A stretch of 48,580 nucleotides of DNA from Deltaproteobacteria bacterium (GTDB lineage: Bacteria > Desulfobacterota > Binatia > UBA12015), in NCBI GenBank assembly GCA_046583355.1, contig JAYGCM010000056.1, positions 1-48,580 of the forward strand, read 5' to 3'. A program made the translations under genes and the position numbers. The notes under the pieces were generated by a model. That model had not been told where the DNA came from and did no database searches. It worked only from the letters and a program-made list of their open reading frames with translations. Shown one piece after another: positions 29,101 to 37,133 of this stretch (positions within the stretch are counted from its first letter, which is position 1; every line of letters starts with the position of its first letter).

Positions 29101-29405
29101 AGCCAGACGTCCTCGCCGAGAGCGAGGCTGAGAATGCGCGGCCGGCCGTCGAGGCTGGTGCGCAGCACCCAAGGCGCGTGACCGCGGCCGGGCTGCTGGA
29201 AGCGGCCGAAGCCCGCGTTGTCTTCCAGTGGTTTCGGGAAGAAATGGTCCCCGGCAATCTGCAGGAACTCCAAGGGGCTGAAGACACCGAGGCTGGCGCG
29301 CATCCGTGGCGGCTGTTGTGCGAGCCAATAGCGGTACCCGCCCCAGGTGAGGAGCAGGAGTCCGCAAAGAAAACCCGCAAAAATGATCAGGATTCGTTTC
29401 AGCAT
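26196..29405 (-). CDS. Membrane-anchored multidomain protein: cytochrome c + sorbosone/glucose-dehydrogenase-like beta-propeller + DUF1080
   Basis: N-terminal TM helix; CTSCH (28548-28562) with WGEVPMP axial-Met motif; EPLG, GFRTPNG, TDNQG propeller motifs; NSG, EMQVLDD, GEWN, LQDHG DUF1080 motifs. Confidence 0.85.
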   Translation of the reverse strand: MLKRILIIFAGFLCGLLLLTWGGYRYWLAQQPPRMRASLGVFSPLEFLQIAGDHFFPKPLEDNAGFGRFQQPGRGHAPWVLRTSLDGRPRILSLALGEDVWLAYSTETGSIHRLWQGDLNLTGPVYDGVHGAEPASRGIAWWMPPPETSWRVRENGAWRPARVRWRGHILDPEQAGVQLHFDLVGASGAVRKVIERPELRRDLAGLRLERHFVLQEEGPAVALVAGGAGAGATLENIQKDEAGRLVFEATNASITTPLGEPLLAIDSTPALFATQPFVRHGCTSCHHEQERIVGPAWREIAMRYLDDQREAAVQKLSVQIRAGSQGVWGEVPMPAQPHIAPAEATKLAREILAMAPTVAEPPAGTEAGSQWTFGFPTEPGPATLHPSLTASPIGPPNFKPQTGGIAILPDGRLAVATWDPDGSVYAIEGWRDRGAAAQVTRIAEGLHEPLGLAVVGDALFVMQKQELTQLIDLDGDGRVDEYRNLSNAFGATSNFHEFGFGLAAIEGWLYAGISSCVRPGGDSCLEQHADRGRIFRVHSETGALEFVAHGFRTPNGIAAAPDGSLLVTDNQGSWLPASKLVRVRPGSFHGWRAPGDQQDHGPTTPPALWLPQNEVGNSPTQPLVLKSGPYAGHILFGDIFNGGLKRGFLETIHGVDQGAAFHFSGGLQAPVHRLIAADDGAIVAGEIGSRGNWGEPGKPGYGLELLRLGDQPAFEALEVHATPEGFDIIFTRPLSGDTPPGPEHFALQQWSYRPNPYYGGPKYDLKRLPVLSVTLATDRRRVSLRVGGRKKGSVVYLHFDRALRADTGESLWVNEAWYTLNEIPEASREAAEDTTHNTLTETERAAGWRLLWDGRSFAGWKIYGRDDSSIDGWVIENQTLKFTRDVSFVEMVWNHINPFTEGALELLTEKKFRDFELRIDWKVTPGANSGIFYAVPNEETFPAWSYGLEMQVLDDARHSDGKIAKRRAGDLYDLQGGREGTARPAGEWNEARIRVRGESIEHWLNGERIVSITRGSGQWDDAIAASKFSGSEGFGRALEGHIALQDHGDIVFFRNIKIRELTAGKPESP

Positions 29406-29466
29406 GACGCTCAAGTCCCAAGCTGGAGAGATCGCGGTATCGCCTCCAGGCGGAAAACCGGGGCGT

Positions 29467-29506
29467 GCGGCGACGGGCAGAGACGCAAGCGCCCGCCCGT
29501 CGTCGC
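29467..29506 (-). terminator. Stem-loop just downstream of the copper monooxygenase-like gene
   Basis: GCGGCGACGGGC / GCCCGTCGTCGC, 11 of 12 paired; no clear U tract. Confidence 0.4.
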
Positions 29507-29520
29507 GCGGTGTTGCCGTG

Positions 29521-31335
29521 TCAATCCATCAGGAAGTATTGCAGGGTGCCCTGGAACATTTCGTTCTCTGTGGTCAGACCGCCCATGATCTGGCAGGCAT
29601 CGCAGTAGCCGTCGCCGGCACCCGGCGAGGTATCGCAGGCAGCATCGTCGCCGGTGCGGTTGGCCGCCCCGTCGTCGCAATTGATTGTGAGGTCCGCACC
29701 AGGATTGACGCAGGCTTCGGGTTCGCAGCTACCGAAACCGACGTTGCCCGGACCGCCGAAGCCATAGGGGATGCGCGAGGAGCGGGTTACGGTCTCCGAG
29801 TCGGGGTTGCCCGCTTCGTCAATGCCATTATTGTAGATGGTGCAGAAGCGGAAGGTGCGATCGGCGGCATTGGTCGAATCGTAGACGCGCGGCTCCGCGA
29901 AGACCGTGCGGGGGGGGTCGTTGTAGATGAGGTTTTCGTAGATGAGTTCACCTGCTGGGTCCGTCCACCATGAGCGTTCGCCGCGCTTATGCGTATGCGA
30001 ACTCATGCCGGTAAGATGTGCGCCTACCGGCAAGGCCACGTCGGAGCACATCTCCGCCTTGCTATAAGGGGCGGTTCCTTGGGCCATGAGGCGTGTGATG
30101 CCGAAGCCGCCCCCGGAGTTGATGCTGCGGGAGCGGAAGCGGCGGTCATCCGCAAACTCATAGTTGAGTCGTGCCCGCATGATAGTATCGGTGGTGGTCA
30201 GGTTGAACGAATGCGAGTTCCAGAACACGACCGTCCGACAAGGCGCGTTTTGGTAGACGCCGGGGTGGGTCTCCACGCGGAGTTGCGGCTGTTGGGTTCC
30301 GGAGAAGGATGAGGAGGAGATGCCGTTGCCCGCCTCATAGCCGATGCAGGCGGTGCTGCCCTCGACCGGCGTGGCGCATTGGCCATCGTCGCCGCAGGCA
30401 TCCGCATCGAGCGGGTCACAGGTCGCCCCCTCGTTGGCGCCACCCATGCAGGCCCAACCATCGAGATCGTTCGGGTCCACATACTGGCCCCCCAACGTCC
30501 GGTTCGGTGCTTGGATCAGGAGATGGTGGCTGCCGACGTTCTGGCGGATCTCGTAGGTATCCCACGCGAAGAAATTGCCGTCCGGAGTTTTGTATTCCTC
30601 GGGGATCTGGTCGCAGACATCGACGTAGGTGGCAAAACAGACTTCGATCTCGGAGGCCGCCGGCAGCGGGAAGCCCGGCATGACGAGTTGTATGCCTTCG
30701 CCTGCAGCAGGCGGATCCAGAGGCTTGCTCTGGAAGGGCACGGGGTCGGGCAGGCAGGCATCGATGATATCTTCGGTCTCTTCCAGCACGCCTTCTTCGG
30801 GTGCGCCGGCGTTGATCCAGAGGCGGATCAACTCCAGCGCGGGCTCGCTGATGGCGCCCGCCGGCGGCATCTTGCCGCCCGAGATAAGGAGGGAGTCGTC
30901 GGTCCACGCGGCCAGCTTGTTCCAAAGGTAGCTGCGCTGCTCATCGCCCGGTGCCAGCAGGAGCAGATCGGACCCGGCGGCGGGTACCTCGTAGAGGTTG
31001 GCCCAAGACAGGCCTTCGCTGAGATCGAGTCCGCCGGATGCTTGCGCATTATGGCAGCCGGTACAGCCTTCGCGCTCGAAGACGATTTCCTGCACGGCAG
31101 CAAAGGTGGTGTCGAAGGTGTCCGCGCATTCGGGTTCTTCGGGCTCGGCGGTGGGTTCCGGCTCTGGCTCCGGCATGGGCGTAGGCTCCGGTTCGGCCGG
31201 CCCACCGGGGTCGCCGGTATTGGTCGGGTCGCTGGAACCTCCGCAGGCTCCGGCTACCAGCGAGAGCGCCAGCAGCAGGCAGAGCAATGCCGAAGAGAAA
31301 TTCGAACGGGGGGCAGCGCGCGAGGATAGAGACAT
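29521..31335 (-). CDS. Lipoprotein: cytochrome c domain fused to a PHM/DBH-type (copper type II) monooxygenase-like domain
   Basis: Signal peptide ending VAGAC, Pro/Glu linker, CTGCH (31051-31065), MPP, then SHH (30523-30528), NSH, SHTH (29989-29997), ENEM (Met 29557-29559). Confidence 0.75.
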   Translation of the reverse strand: MSLSSRAAPRSNFSSALLCLLLALSLVAGACGGSSDPTNTGDPGGPAEPEPTPMPEPEPEPTAEPEEPECADTFDTTFAAVQEIVFEREGCTGCHNAQASGGLDLSEGLSWANLYEVPAAGSDLLLLAPGDEQRSYLWNKLAAWTDDSLLISGGKMPPAGAISEPALELIRLWINAGAPEEGVLEETEDIIDACLPDPVPFQSKPLDPPAAGEGIQLVMPGFPLPAASEIEVCFATYVDVCDQIPEEYKTPDGNFFAWDTYEIRQNVGSHHLLIQAPNRTLGGQYVDPNDLDGWACMGGANEGATCDPLDADACGDDGQCATPVEGSTACIGYEAGNGISSSSFSGTQQPQLRVETHPGVYQNAPCRTVVFWNSHSFNLTTTDTIMRARLNYEFADDRRFRSRSINSGGGFGITRLMAQGTAPYSKAEMCSDVALPVGAHLTGMSSHTHKRGERSWWTDPAGELIYENLIYNDPPRTVFAEPRVYDSTNAADRTFRFCTIYNNGIDEAGNPDSETVTRSSRIPYGFGGPGNVGFGSCEPEACVNPGADLTINCDDGAANRTGDDAACDTSPGAGDGYCDACQIMGGLTTENEMFQGTLQYFLMD

Positions 31336-31557
31336 ATTAGCGAGGCTTAGCGCGTATGCGCGAAACGGTCTATAGGGGAGGCGCGCAATCGGCCTGTTTC
31401 CCGGGGGAATGGTCGATCTGGGCGGGCAAGGGCCGAGAGGCTGGCTGATCGGCCGCCCAACTTACCTTGTTTGGGGCCCAAGGCTCCTTTTTCGGCGCGT
31501 AATGGCCCCCACGGCAAGGCGATGAGCTGCTGTTATGAGGGGGGAGGGAGGGACGCA

Positions 31558-32520
31558 ATGACATTGGAGGAGAGGCTCGCGGGCCTCGATACTATATTGG
31601 ACGATCCGGGCAGCCGCGCGGCTATTGCGCTTCTGGAGAAGGCGCTGGCCGCCAAGCAGAGCGCTGTCGTGCAAAAGGCTGCACAAATCATTGCGCGGAG
31701 CGAGACGCGTGAACACGATTCCTCCATGCGGGCGGCGTTTCAGCGCTTCGTCACGGGCCCGGCCAAGGCCGATAAGGGCTGTCTTGCCAAACAGGCGCTG
31801 GTGGAGGCGCTGCTGGACTCCGACGCGCGCTCCGACGAGGCCTTCTTGCGCGGCATCCGGCATGTGCAGATGGAGCCGGTCTGGGGCGGGCAGGAAGATG
31901 TCGCGGTCGAGCTGCGGGTGGCCTGCGCGCTTGGCCTCGCCAATACCGCGCACCCGGACGGAATGCGTGAACTCACGGACCTTTTGGCCGATCCCGAGCC
32001 CATGGCGCGTGCCGGTGCCGCGCGTGCCATCGGTTTTACCGGCCGTATCCAGGAAGCATCGCTGGTGTTGCGCCTGCGCTGCCGGATTGGCGACCGGGAC
32101 CCGCGTGTTTTGCAGGCGGCGTTCGCGGCTCTCCTCGCCTTGGCGCCGGGCGAGCAACTCTCCTTCGTGGTGGAGTTTCTCGCCGCCAAGGATGTTGCAA
32201 TCGCCGAAGCCGCCGCCGTGGCGCTCGGGGAGTCGCGGGCTGGCGCTGCTTTCGTTCCGCTGCGGGAGCGGCTGGAGAACACAATTGAGAGCACGCGGCG
32301 CGAGGCTTTGTCGGTGGGCATCGCAATGCTGCGCTGCGAAGAAGGCTGGGACTACCTGCTCGGGGTGATCGAGGAGGAATCCGAGGGGCCGGCCAAGGCC
32401 GCCGTGGAAGCGCTGGCCTGGTTCCGCCACGACGAGGCGTTGGTCGAGCGCATCCACTATGCGCTTGCCGAGCGCGGTGACGAGAGGCTCGCGGCCTTCG
32501 CCCGCGACGCACTCGCCTAG
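31558..32520 (+). CDS. HEAT-repeat (PBS lyase-like) protein
   Basis: Repeated helical units (LLADPEPMARAGAARAIG, AAAVALGE); strong GGAGG site before ATG 31558. Confidence 0.8.
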   Translation: MTLEERLAGLDTILDDPGSRAAIALLEKALAAKQSAVVQKAAQIIARSETREHDSSMRAAFQRFVTGPAKADKGCLAKQALVEALLDSDARSDEAFLRGIRHVQMEPVWGGQEDVAVELRVACALGLANTAHPDGMRELTDLLADPEPMARAGAARAIGFTGRIQEASLVLRLRCRIGDRDPRVLQAAFAALLALAPGEQLSFVVEFLAAKDVAIAEAAAVALGESRAGAAFVPLRERLENTIESTRREALSVGIAMLRCEEGWDYLLGVIEEESEGPAKAAVEALAWFRHDEALVERIHYALAERGDERLAAFARDALA

Positions 32521-32631
32521 AGGCCCGGGATTCGGTGCGCTGGGCCCGGTTCTGCGCGGATGGCGGCTGTGGACAAGCATCGGGCATCCCGGTACTTCCC
32601 TTGCTCCGGACTCGGTCCGGAGCCTTGTCGA

Positions 32632-35016
32632 ATGCGTAGACCTTATCTCGAAACCTTCCTCATTTCGCTCGCCGTGATCCTTCTCGAGGTGAGCTATACG
32701 AGGATCTTCTCCTTCAAGCTGGTCTATTATTTCACCTATCTGGTGATCGGGCTTTCGCTGCTGGGGCTGGGCGCGGGTGGCGTTTTCGTCGCTGTCTTTG
32801 AGCGATTGCGGCGCAGCCCTCCATTGCAGGTCATTCTTGGCTGCTGTCTGACGGCGGCCGTGTCGGTCCTGGTCGGCTATTTTATCGTCGCGCTCACGCC
32901 GCTCAACCTCTTCCGCATGGTCATGCAGGGCGCGCAGGGGCAATACGCTCCGGCCGCCATCGAAGCGGTCAAACTGGGCATCGTGCTGCTGGCGCTTTTC
33001 ATACCTTTCCTTGCGGCGGGGGTTGCGCTTGCGGCTATCTTCGCCCGCCATACCGACGAGATCGGGCGGCTTTATTTCATCGACCTGATGGGTGCGGCCT
33101 TCGGCTGTGTGCTGATCATTCCGGCCATCAGCCTGATCACCCCGCCGGGGATCGTTTTTCTCTCGGGCATCTGTTTTGCGCTCGCCGGTCTGCGTGCGGC
33201 AAACTCCCGCGGCATAGGCTGGGTCAGCGCGGTGGGCGTACTCGCCTTGGTGCTCTCGGTCGGGGTGCTGGTCCCTTCGCTTTTGCCCGATCCAATCCGC
33301 GACCGGGTCAAGGGCACGGTTGATTCCGAGTCCATCTTCACCCGTTGGAACCCGGTCTTTCGTGTTGATGTCGTGCCGGTGCCGGCCGCCGACCCGCCGG
33401 TGCGTTTCCTGATTCACGACGGTACGGTCGGCTCCTCGGTGATCGGCTGGGACGGCGATGTCGACTCGCTGGGACGTTACGATACGCAGGACCGCTCGAT
33501 GCCCTTCCGCCTGCTCGATGAGGGCCCGAAGGTCGCGATCATCGGCTCCGCCGGCGGCAACGAGATCATGGCCTCGCTGCGACTCGGTGCGTCCGCCGTG
33601 ACGGGAATCGAACTCAATCCGGTCACGATCTCCCTGCTCAAGGAACATTTCACCGAGTGGACCGGAAACCTGGCCTTCCATCCGAAGGTCGAAATCGTCA
33701 ACGCCGAAGGCCGCTCGTACCTCAAAAGTTCGGGTGAGATTTTCGACCTCATCTGGCTGGTCGCGCCCGATAGCTATGCTGCGATGAACGCCGCCACCTC
33801 CGGCGCCTTCGTTCTCTCGGAGAGCTACCTCTATACGCGCGAGATGATTACCGAGGCGCTCGCGCATCTGAGCCCCGACGGCATTCTTTGCGCGCAATTC
33901 GGCGAAATCGATTTCGACACCAAGCCCAACCGCACCGTGCGCTACCTCGGCACGGCGCGCGAAGCCTTTGCCGGCCTCGGTCTTCAGAATTTCGCCCAGC
34001 ATGCCCTGGTGGCGGTCTCGCCCGGCTTTGGTCGGCTCGAGAATACGACCATCATGCTGAAGAAGTCGGCCTTTCTCCGCGAGGAGGTCGCCACTTTCGT
34101 CGAGGCCATCGACAACGTCGATGGTGCACGCGTGTCGTTTACCTGGGTTGAGCCCGGCGCGAGTCAGGTCAGCCGCACCATCATGCTCTCGGGCGACGAG
34201 CTCACGAGCTTCTACGACAACCATGCCTATGAGGTCCGGCCGATCTCCGACGACGCGCCCTTCTTTTGGAACTTCATCAGCTTTCGCACGGCCATCTTCG
34301 GCCAGGAGGGTACCGAGGCCGTCAACGTAGAGGAGGGCGTCGGGGAACGACTCCTGCTGGTCTTCCTTGCCTTCGCGATTCTCTTTGCGGCTGTCTTTCT
34401 GCTGGTCCCGCTCTTCACCCTGCGCGAGGTCTGGCGGGCGATTCCCTGGAAGGGACACGCCAGCCTCTATTTCGCTTCGCTCGGTCTCGGCTTCATGTTC
34501 ATCGAGGTCGCACTGATTCAGAAATTGACGCTTTTTCTGGGCTACCCGACCTATTCCTTGACCGTCACTCTTTTTGCGATCCTGCTCTCCAGCGGCTTCG
34601 GCAGCCTGCTCAGTGAGCGCTATGCGGGCAATCGTAACCGCGCATTTACGATGCTCCTCAGCGTGATGGTGGTCGTGATGGTCGGCTACCAATTCCTCTT
34701 GACGCCGATTGTCGAAATCGGCGTCGGCTGGCCGCTGCCGGTGCGTGCGCTGGTCGCCGTGGCCTTCCTTGCTCCGATGGGCCTATGCCTCGGAGCCTTC
34801 ATGCCGCTTGGCCTACGCACCGTCTCGGGCGTGACCAAACATAGCTCGGAATATGTCGCCTGGTGCTGGGCGATCAACGGCTTCTTCTCGGTGATGGCCT
34901 CGGTGCTTTCCACCATTCTCTCGATGCTGATCGGCTTCACTTTGGTGATGTATGTCGGGCTTCTGATCTATCTGATCGGCGTCAACGCCTTCCGCCGGAT
35001 TCCCGAGCCGGAGTGA
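32632..35016 (+). CDS. Membrane protein with central spermidine-synthase-like SAM-binding domain
   Basis: About 7 N-terminal and 6 C-terminal TM helices flanking IIGSAGGNE, GIELNP, EGRSYL, FDLI, ESYLYT; start at ATG 32632. Confidence 0.82.
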   Translation: MRRPYLETFLISLAVILLEVSYTRIFSFKLVYYFTYLVIGLSLLGLGAGGVFVAVFERLRRSPPLQVILGCCLTAAVSVLVGYFIVALTPLNLFRMVMQGAQGQYAPAAIEAVKLGIVLLALFIPFLAAGVALAAIFARHTDEIGRLYFIDLMGAAFGCVLIIPAISLITPPGIVFLSGICFALAGLRAANSRGIGWVSAVGVLALVLSVGVLVPSLLPDPIRDRVKGTVDSESIFTRWNPVFRVDVVPVPAADPPVRFLIHDGTVGSSVIGWDGDVDSLGRYDTQDRSMPFRLLDEGPKVAIIGSAGGNEIMASLRLGASAVTGIELNPVTISLLKEHFTEWTGNLAFHPKVEIVNAEGRSYLKSSGEIFDLIWLVAPDSYAAMNAATSGAFVLSESYLYTREMITEALAHLSPDGILCAQFGEIDFDTKPNRTVRYLGTAREAFAGLGLQNFAQHALVAVSPGFGRLENTTIMLKKSAFLREEVATFVEAIDNVDGARVSFTWVEPGASQVSRTIMLSGDELTSFYDNHAYEVRPISDDAPFFWNFISFRTAIFGQEGTEAVNVEEGVGERLLLVFLAFAILFAAVFLLVPLFTLREVWRAIPWKGHASLYFASLGLGFMFIEVALIQKLTLFLGYPTYSLTVTLFAILLSSGFGSLLSERYAGNRNRAFTMLLSVMVVVMVGYQFLLTPIVEIGVGWPLPVRALVAVAFLAPMGLCLGAFMPLGLRTVSGVTKHSSEYVAWCWAINGFFSVMASVLSTILSMLIGFTLVMYVGLLIYLIGVNAFRRIPEPE

Positions 35017-35086
35017 TCACAAGCATGGATTTTGCAGCGCGGAGGCAGGCCTGCTTTTCGCCCTTGGCTCTGGGCTGATTCTGCCA

Positions 35087-37054
35087 ATGCTCTGCCCACG
35101 CAAACTCCTGGCTGGATTGCTTCTGGTGGGCTGCCTGTGGCCCGTGCATGTCTTCGCGTTGGCACCGCCCGCTCCGGCGGATTCGCGGCCGGCGCTCTAC
35201 CTGCAGGTCGACCGTGCGCTCGGGCGCGTAGAGGCGTTGGGCTTGCCTGAGCTTGACCTCCAGACCGCAACCGCGCGGCGCTCATTGGAGCGGCTGCGCG
35301 AGCAATGCAATTCGGCAGAGGTGCGAGAATGCCAGCGCAGCTTGGCCCTCCTCTTTGATGGGGTGCGTGGCGCACGTCGCTCCGCGGACGTATTCCTGGC
35401 AGCTGCGCTGGGTCAGGCCGCGACGCATCTTGGCGATGCGGTAGTTCGTCTGGGCCAACTCGATGCGTCGCAATGCCGACTGCCTACGGAAATGGGCGCG
35501 GCCATGCCGGCGCGCTTTCTGCTCACGCCCGACGCACGCCACGCCGAGGTGCAGCCGCTGATGCCGCTGCGCGGTGGCCGGCGCTACGCGCTCGTACGCG
35601 AAGGCCCGAGTCCGCTCTCGCTGTCGGCGGTGGATCCCGCAGCGGCGCGCCGCATGGCCTCCCCGGCAATGGCGACGCTGGAGGTCGAGCGCGTGCAGCG
35701 GCTGCTCAAGCGCGCCGCCGACGCCGGGGCTCGCCTCGACATCGGGAGCTTCGTCGGTGTTCGGGTCGCATTGCCCGAGGCCGCCCGGGGCGAGGATTTG
35801 CGCGGGCTTCGTCTCTCGTTTGTTCCGCTACGCCGCGCCGAGCGGTCGTCGCGCGGAACGATCGTGGCCTCGTTTCGGACTGCGGATGTGCGCGCCGGAC
35901 TGCTGGCTTACCGGCGCATGCTCCATGAATTTTCCTGCTCCCCGACCGAGCTTGTCGGGGTCTCTTCCGGTGGCGAGGCGTCTGCGGCCGTGGCGGCATT
36001 TTCGGGCTCCTATACCTCGCTTGATATCCGCACGGATGCGGCCGCTGCCGACGCGCTGGGCACGCTCAAGCCTGCCCCAATGCGCCATGAGTTTCGTTTG
36101 CTGCTGCCGACGGAGGTCCGGGATTCGACCCCTCTGGTGCTTGTCGTCGACGGTCATATGGGGAGCATGGCGAGGATGCTGGCCCGTCATGGCGATGAAT
36201 TGGTCACGCAGGGCGTGGCCGTACTGGCCATTGACATTCCCGAGCATGGCACGCGTGCGCAGCCGGGCGTCGATATCGTCACCCCCTTCGACCCGGCGCG
36301 TTTGAGCCGCAACCTGCGCCAGGCCGCCACGGACGTGATGGCCATCATCCGGCAGGCGGGCGAGTGTGGCTTCCGGGCACCCGATGGCTTGGTCTACCGC
36401 CCGACCGAGCTTCGTTATCTGGGTTATTCGCTCGGCGCGATGGTGGGCGTGATCGCGCGTGCCATCGAGTCGGATCTCGGCGCGATGGCGTTGCTCGCTC
36501 CAGGCGGCGATCTGATCGGTTGGCTGATGCTGCGTCTGGGACCCGGATTGGGCGGGCGCTTTGTGGCCTGTGTCGGTGGGCCCGATCATGGCGGTGATTG
36601 TGTGGCGGATGGTGTGTGCGCCGCGCCGGGAAGCTGCGTGGCGGACCCCGTCTTCGAAGAGCTCTACCGCCTGGTTGAGCCGGCCTATTCGCAGGCCAGT
36701 GCTCCGGGTGACCCACTCAGCTTCGCGACCGAGCGCACGGGCGCGGCGAGTACAGCAAAGCTGTTGTTGATCACTGGGGGACAGGACGCCGCATTGCACC
36801 CCGCGCTGGCCGCCCGCCTGGCCGATGCCTTCGGCATGCATCCCACCGGCCCTTGGGAACGCCGTGGTCCGAACTCCCTTTTCGTGCAATGGCCCGCGCT
36901 GGCGCACGACCTGCCCGAATATGCCGGGCCACGGCATCAAGCGCATGAATTCGTCGTCTCGGGTGGCCGTCGTGTGCGCCGCGTGGCCGCCGGAGAGGTG
37001 CCGCCGCAACCGGCCTGGTATTCGATCTTCGAGAAGGACCGCAACCGGCGCTGA
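35087..37054 (+). CDS. Secreted protein with C-terminal alpha/beta hydrolase domain
   Basis: Signal peptide, AIDIPEHG, GYSLG nucleophile, GGQD, AHD; Cys-rich insert at 36569-36637. Confidence 0.65.
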   Translation: MLCPRKLLAGLLLVGCLWPVHVFALAPPAPADSRPALYLQVDRALGRVEALGLPELDLQTATARRSLERLREQCNSAEVRECQRSLALLFDGVRGARRSADVFLAAALGQAATHLGDAVVRLGQLDASQCRLPTEMGAAMPARFLLTPDARHAEVQPLMPLRGGRRYALVREGPSPLSLSAVDPAAARRMASPAMATLEVERVQRLLKRAADAGARLDIGSFVGVRVALPEAARGEDLRGLRLSFVPLRRAERSSRGTIVASFRTADVRAGLLAYRRMLHEFSCSPTELVGVSSGGEASAAVAAFSGSYTSLDIRTDAAAADALGTLKPAPMRHEFRLLLPTEVRDSTPLVLVVDGHMGSMARMLARHGDELVTQGVAVLAIDIPEHGTRAQPGVDIVTPFDPARLSRNLRQAATDVMAIIRQAGECGFRAPDGLVYRPTELRYLGYSLGAMVGVIARAIESDLGAMALLAPGGDLIGWLMLRLGPGLGGRFVACVGGPDHGGDCVADGVCAAPGSCVADPVFEELYRLVEPAYSQASAPGDPLSFATERTGAASTAKLLLITGGQDAALHPALAARLADAFGMHPTGPWERRGPNSLFVQWPALAHDLPEYAGPRHQAHEFVVSGGRRVRRVAAGEVPPQPAWYSIFEKDRNRR

Positions 37055-37133
37055 GAAGTCCGCCGCGCCACCCGGGTGGCTTTGTTGTGGAGCCGGGCTT
37101 GACGAGAGAGTCATTTACGGCGTAAAAGACCCT

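Noticed and set aside
31135..31200. Short tandem GGCTC/GGTTC repeats
   Set aside because: They encode the Pro/Glu linker of the lipoprotein; not a CRISPR array or satellite.
31370..31505. Faint similarity to element arms (also 29445-29468)
   Set aside because: Requires gaps and many mismatches; cannot be supported without a profile search.
31462..34692. 1076-aa minus-strand ORF
   Set aside because: Antisense shadow of the HEAT and spermidine-synthase-like genes; no motifs; expected in high-GC DNA.
37099..37128. TTGACG possible -35 box before the carotenoid oxygenase
   Set aside because: No convincing -10 at the proper spacing (best is TAAAAG at 18 nt).
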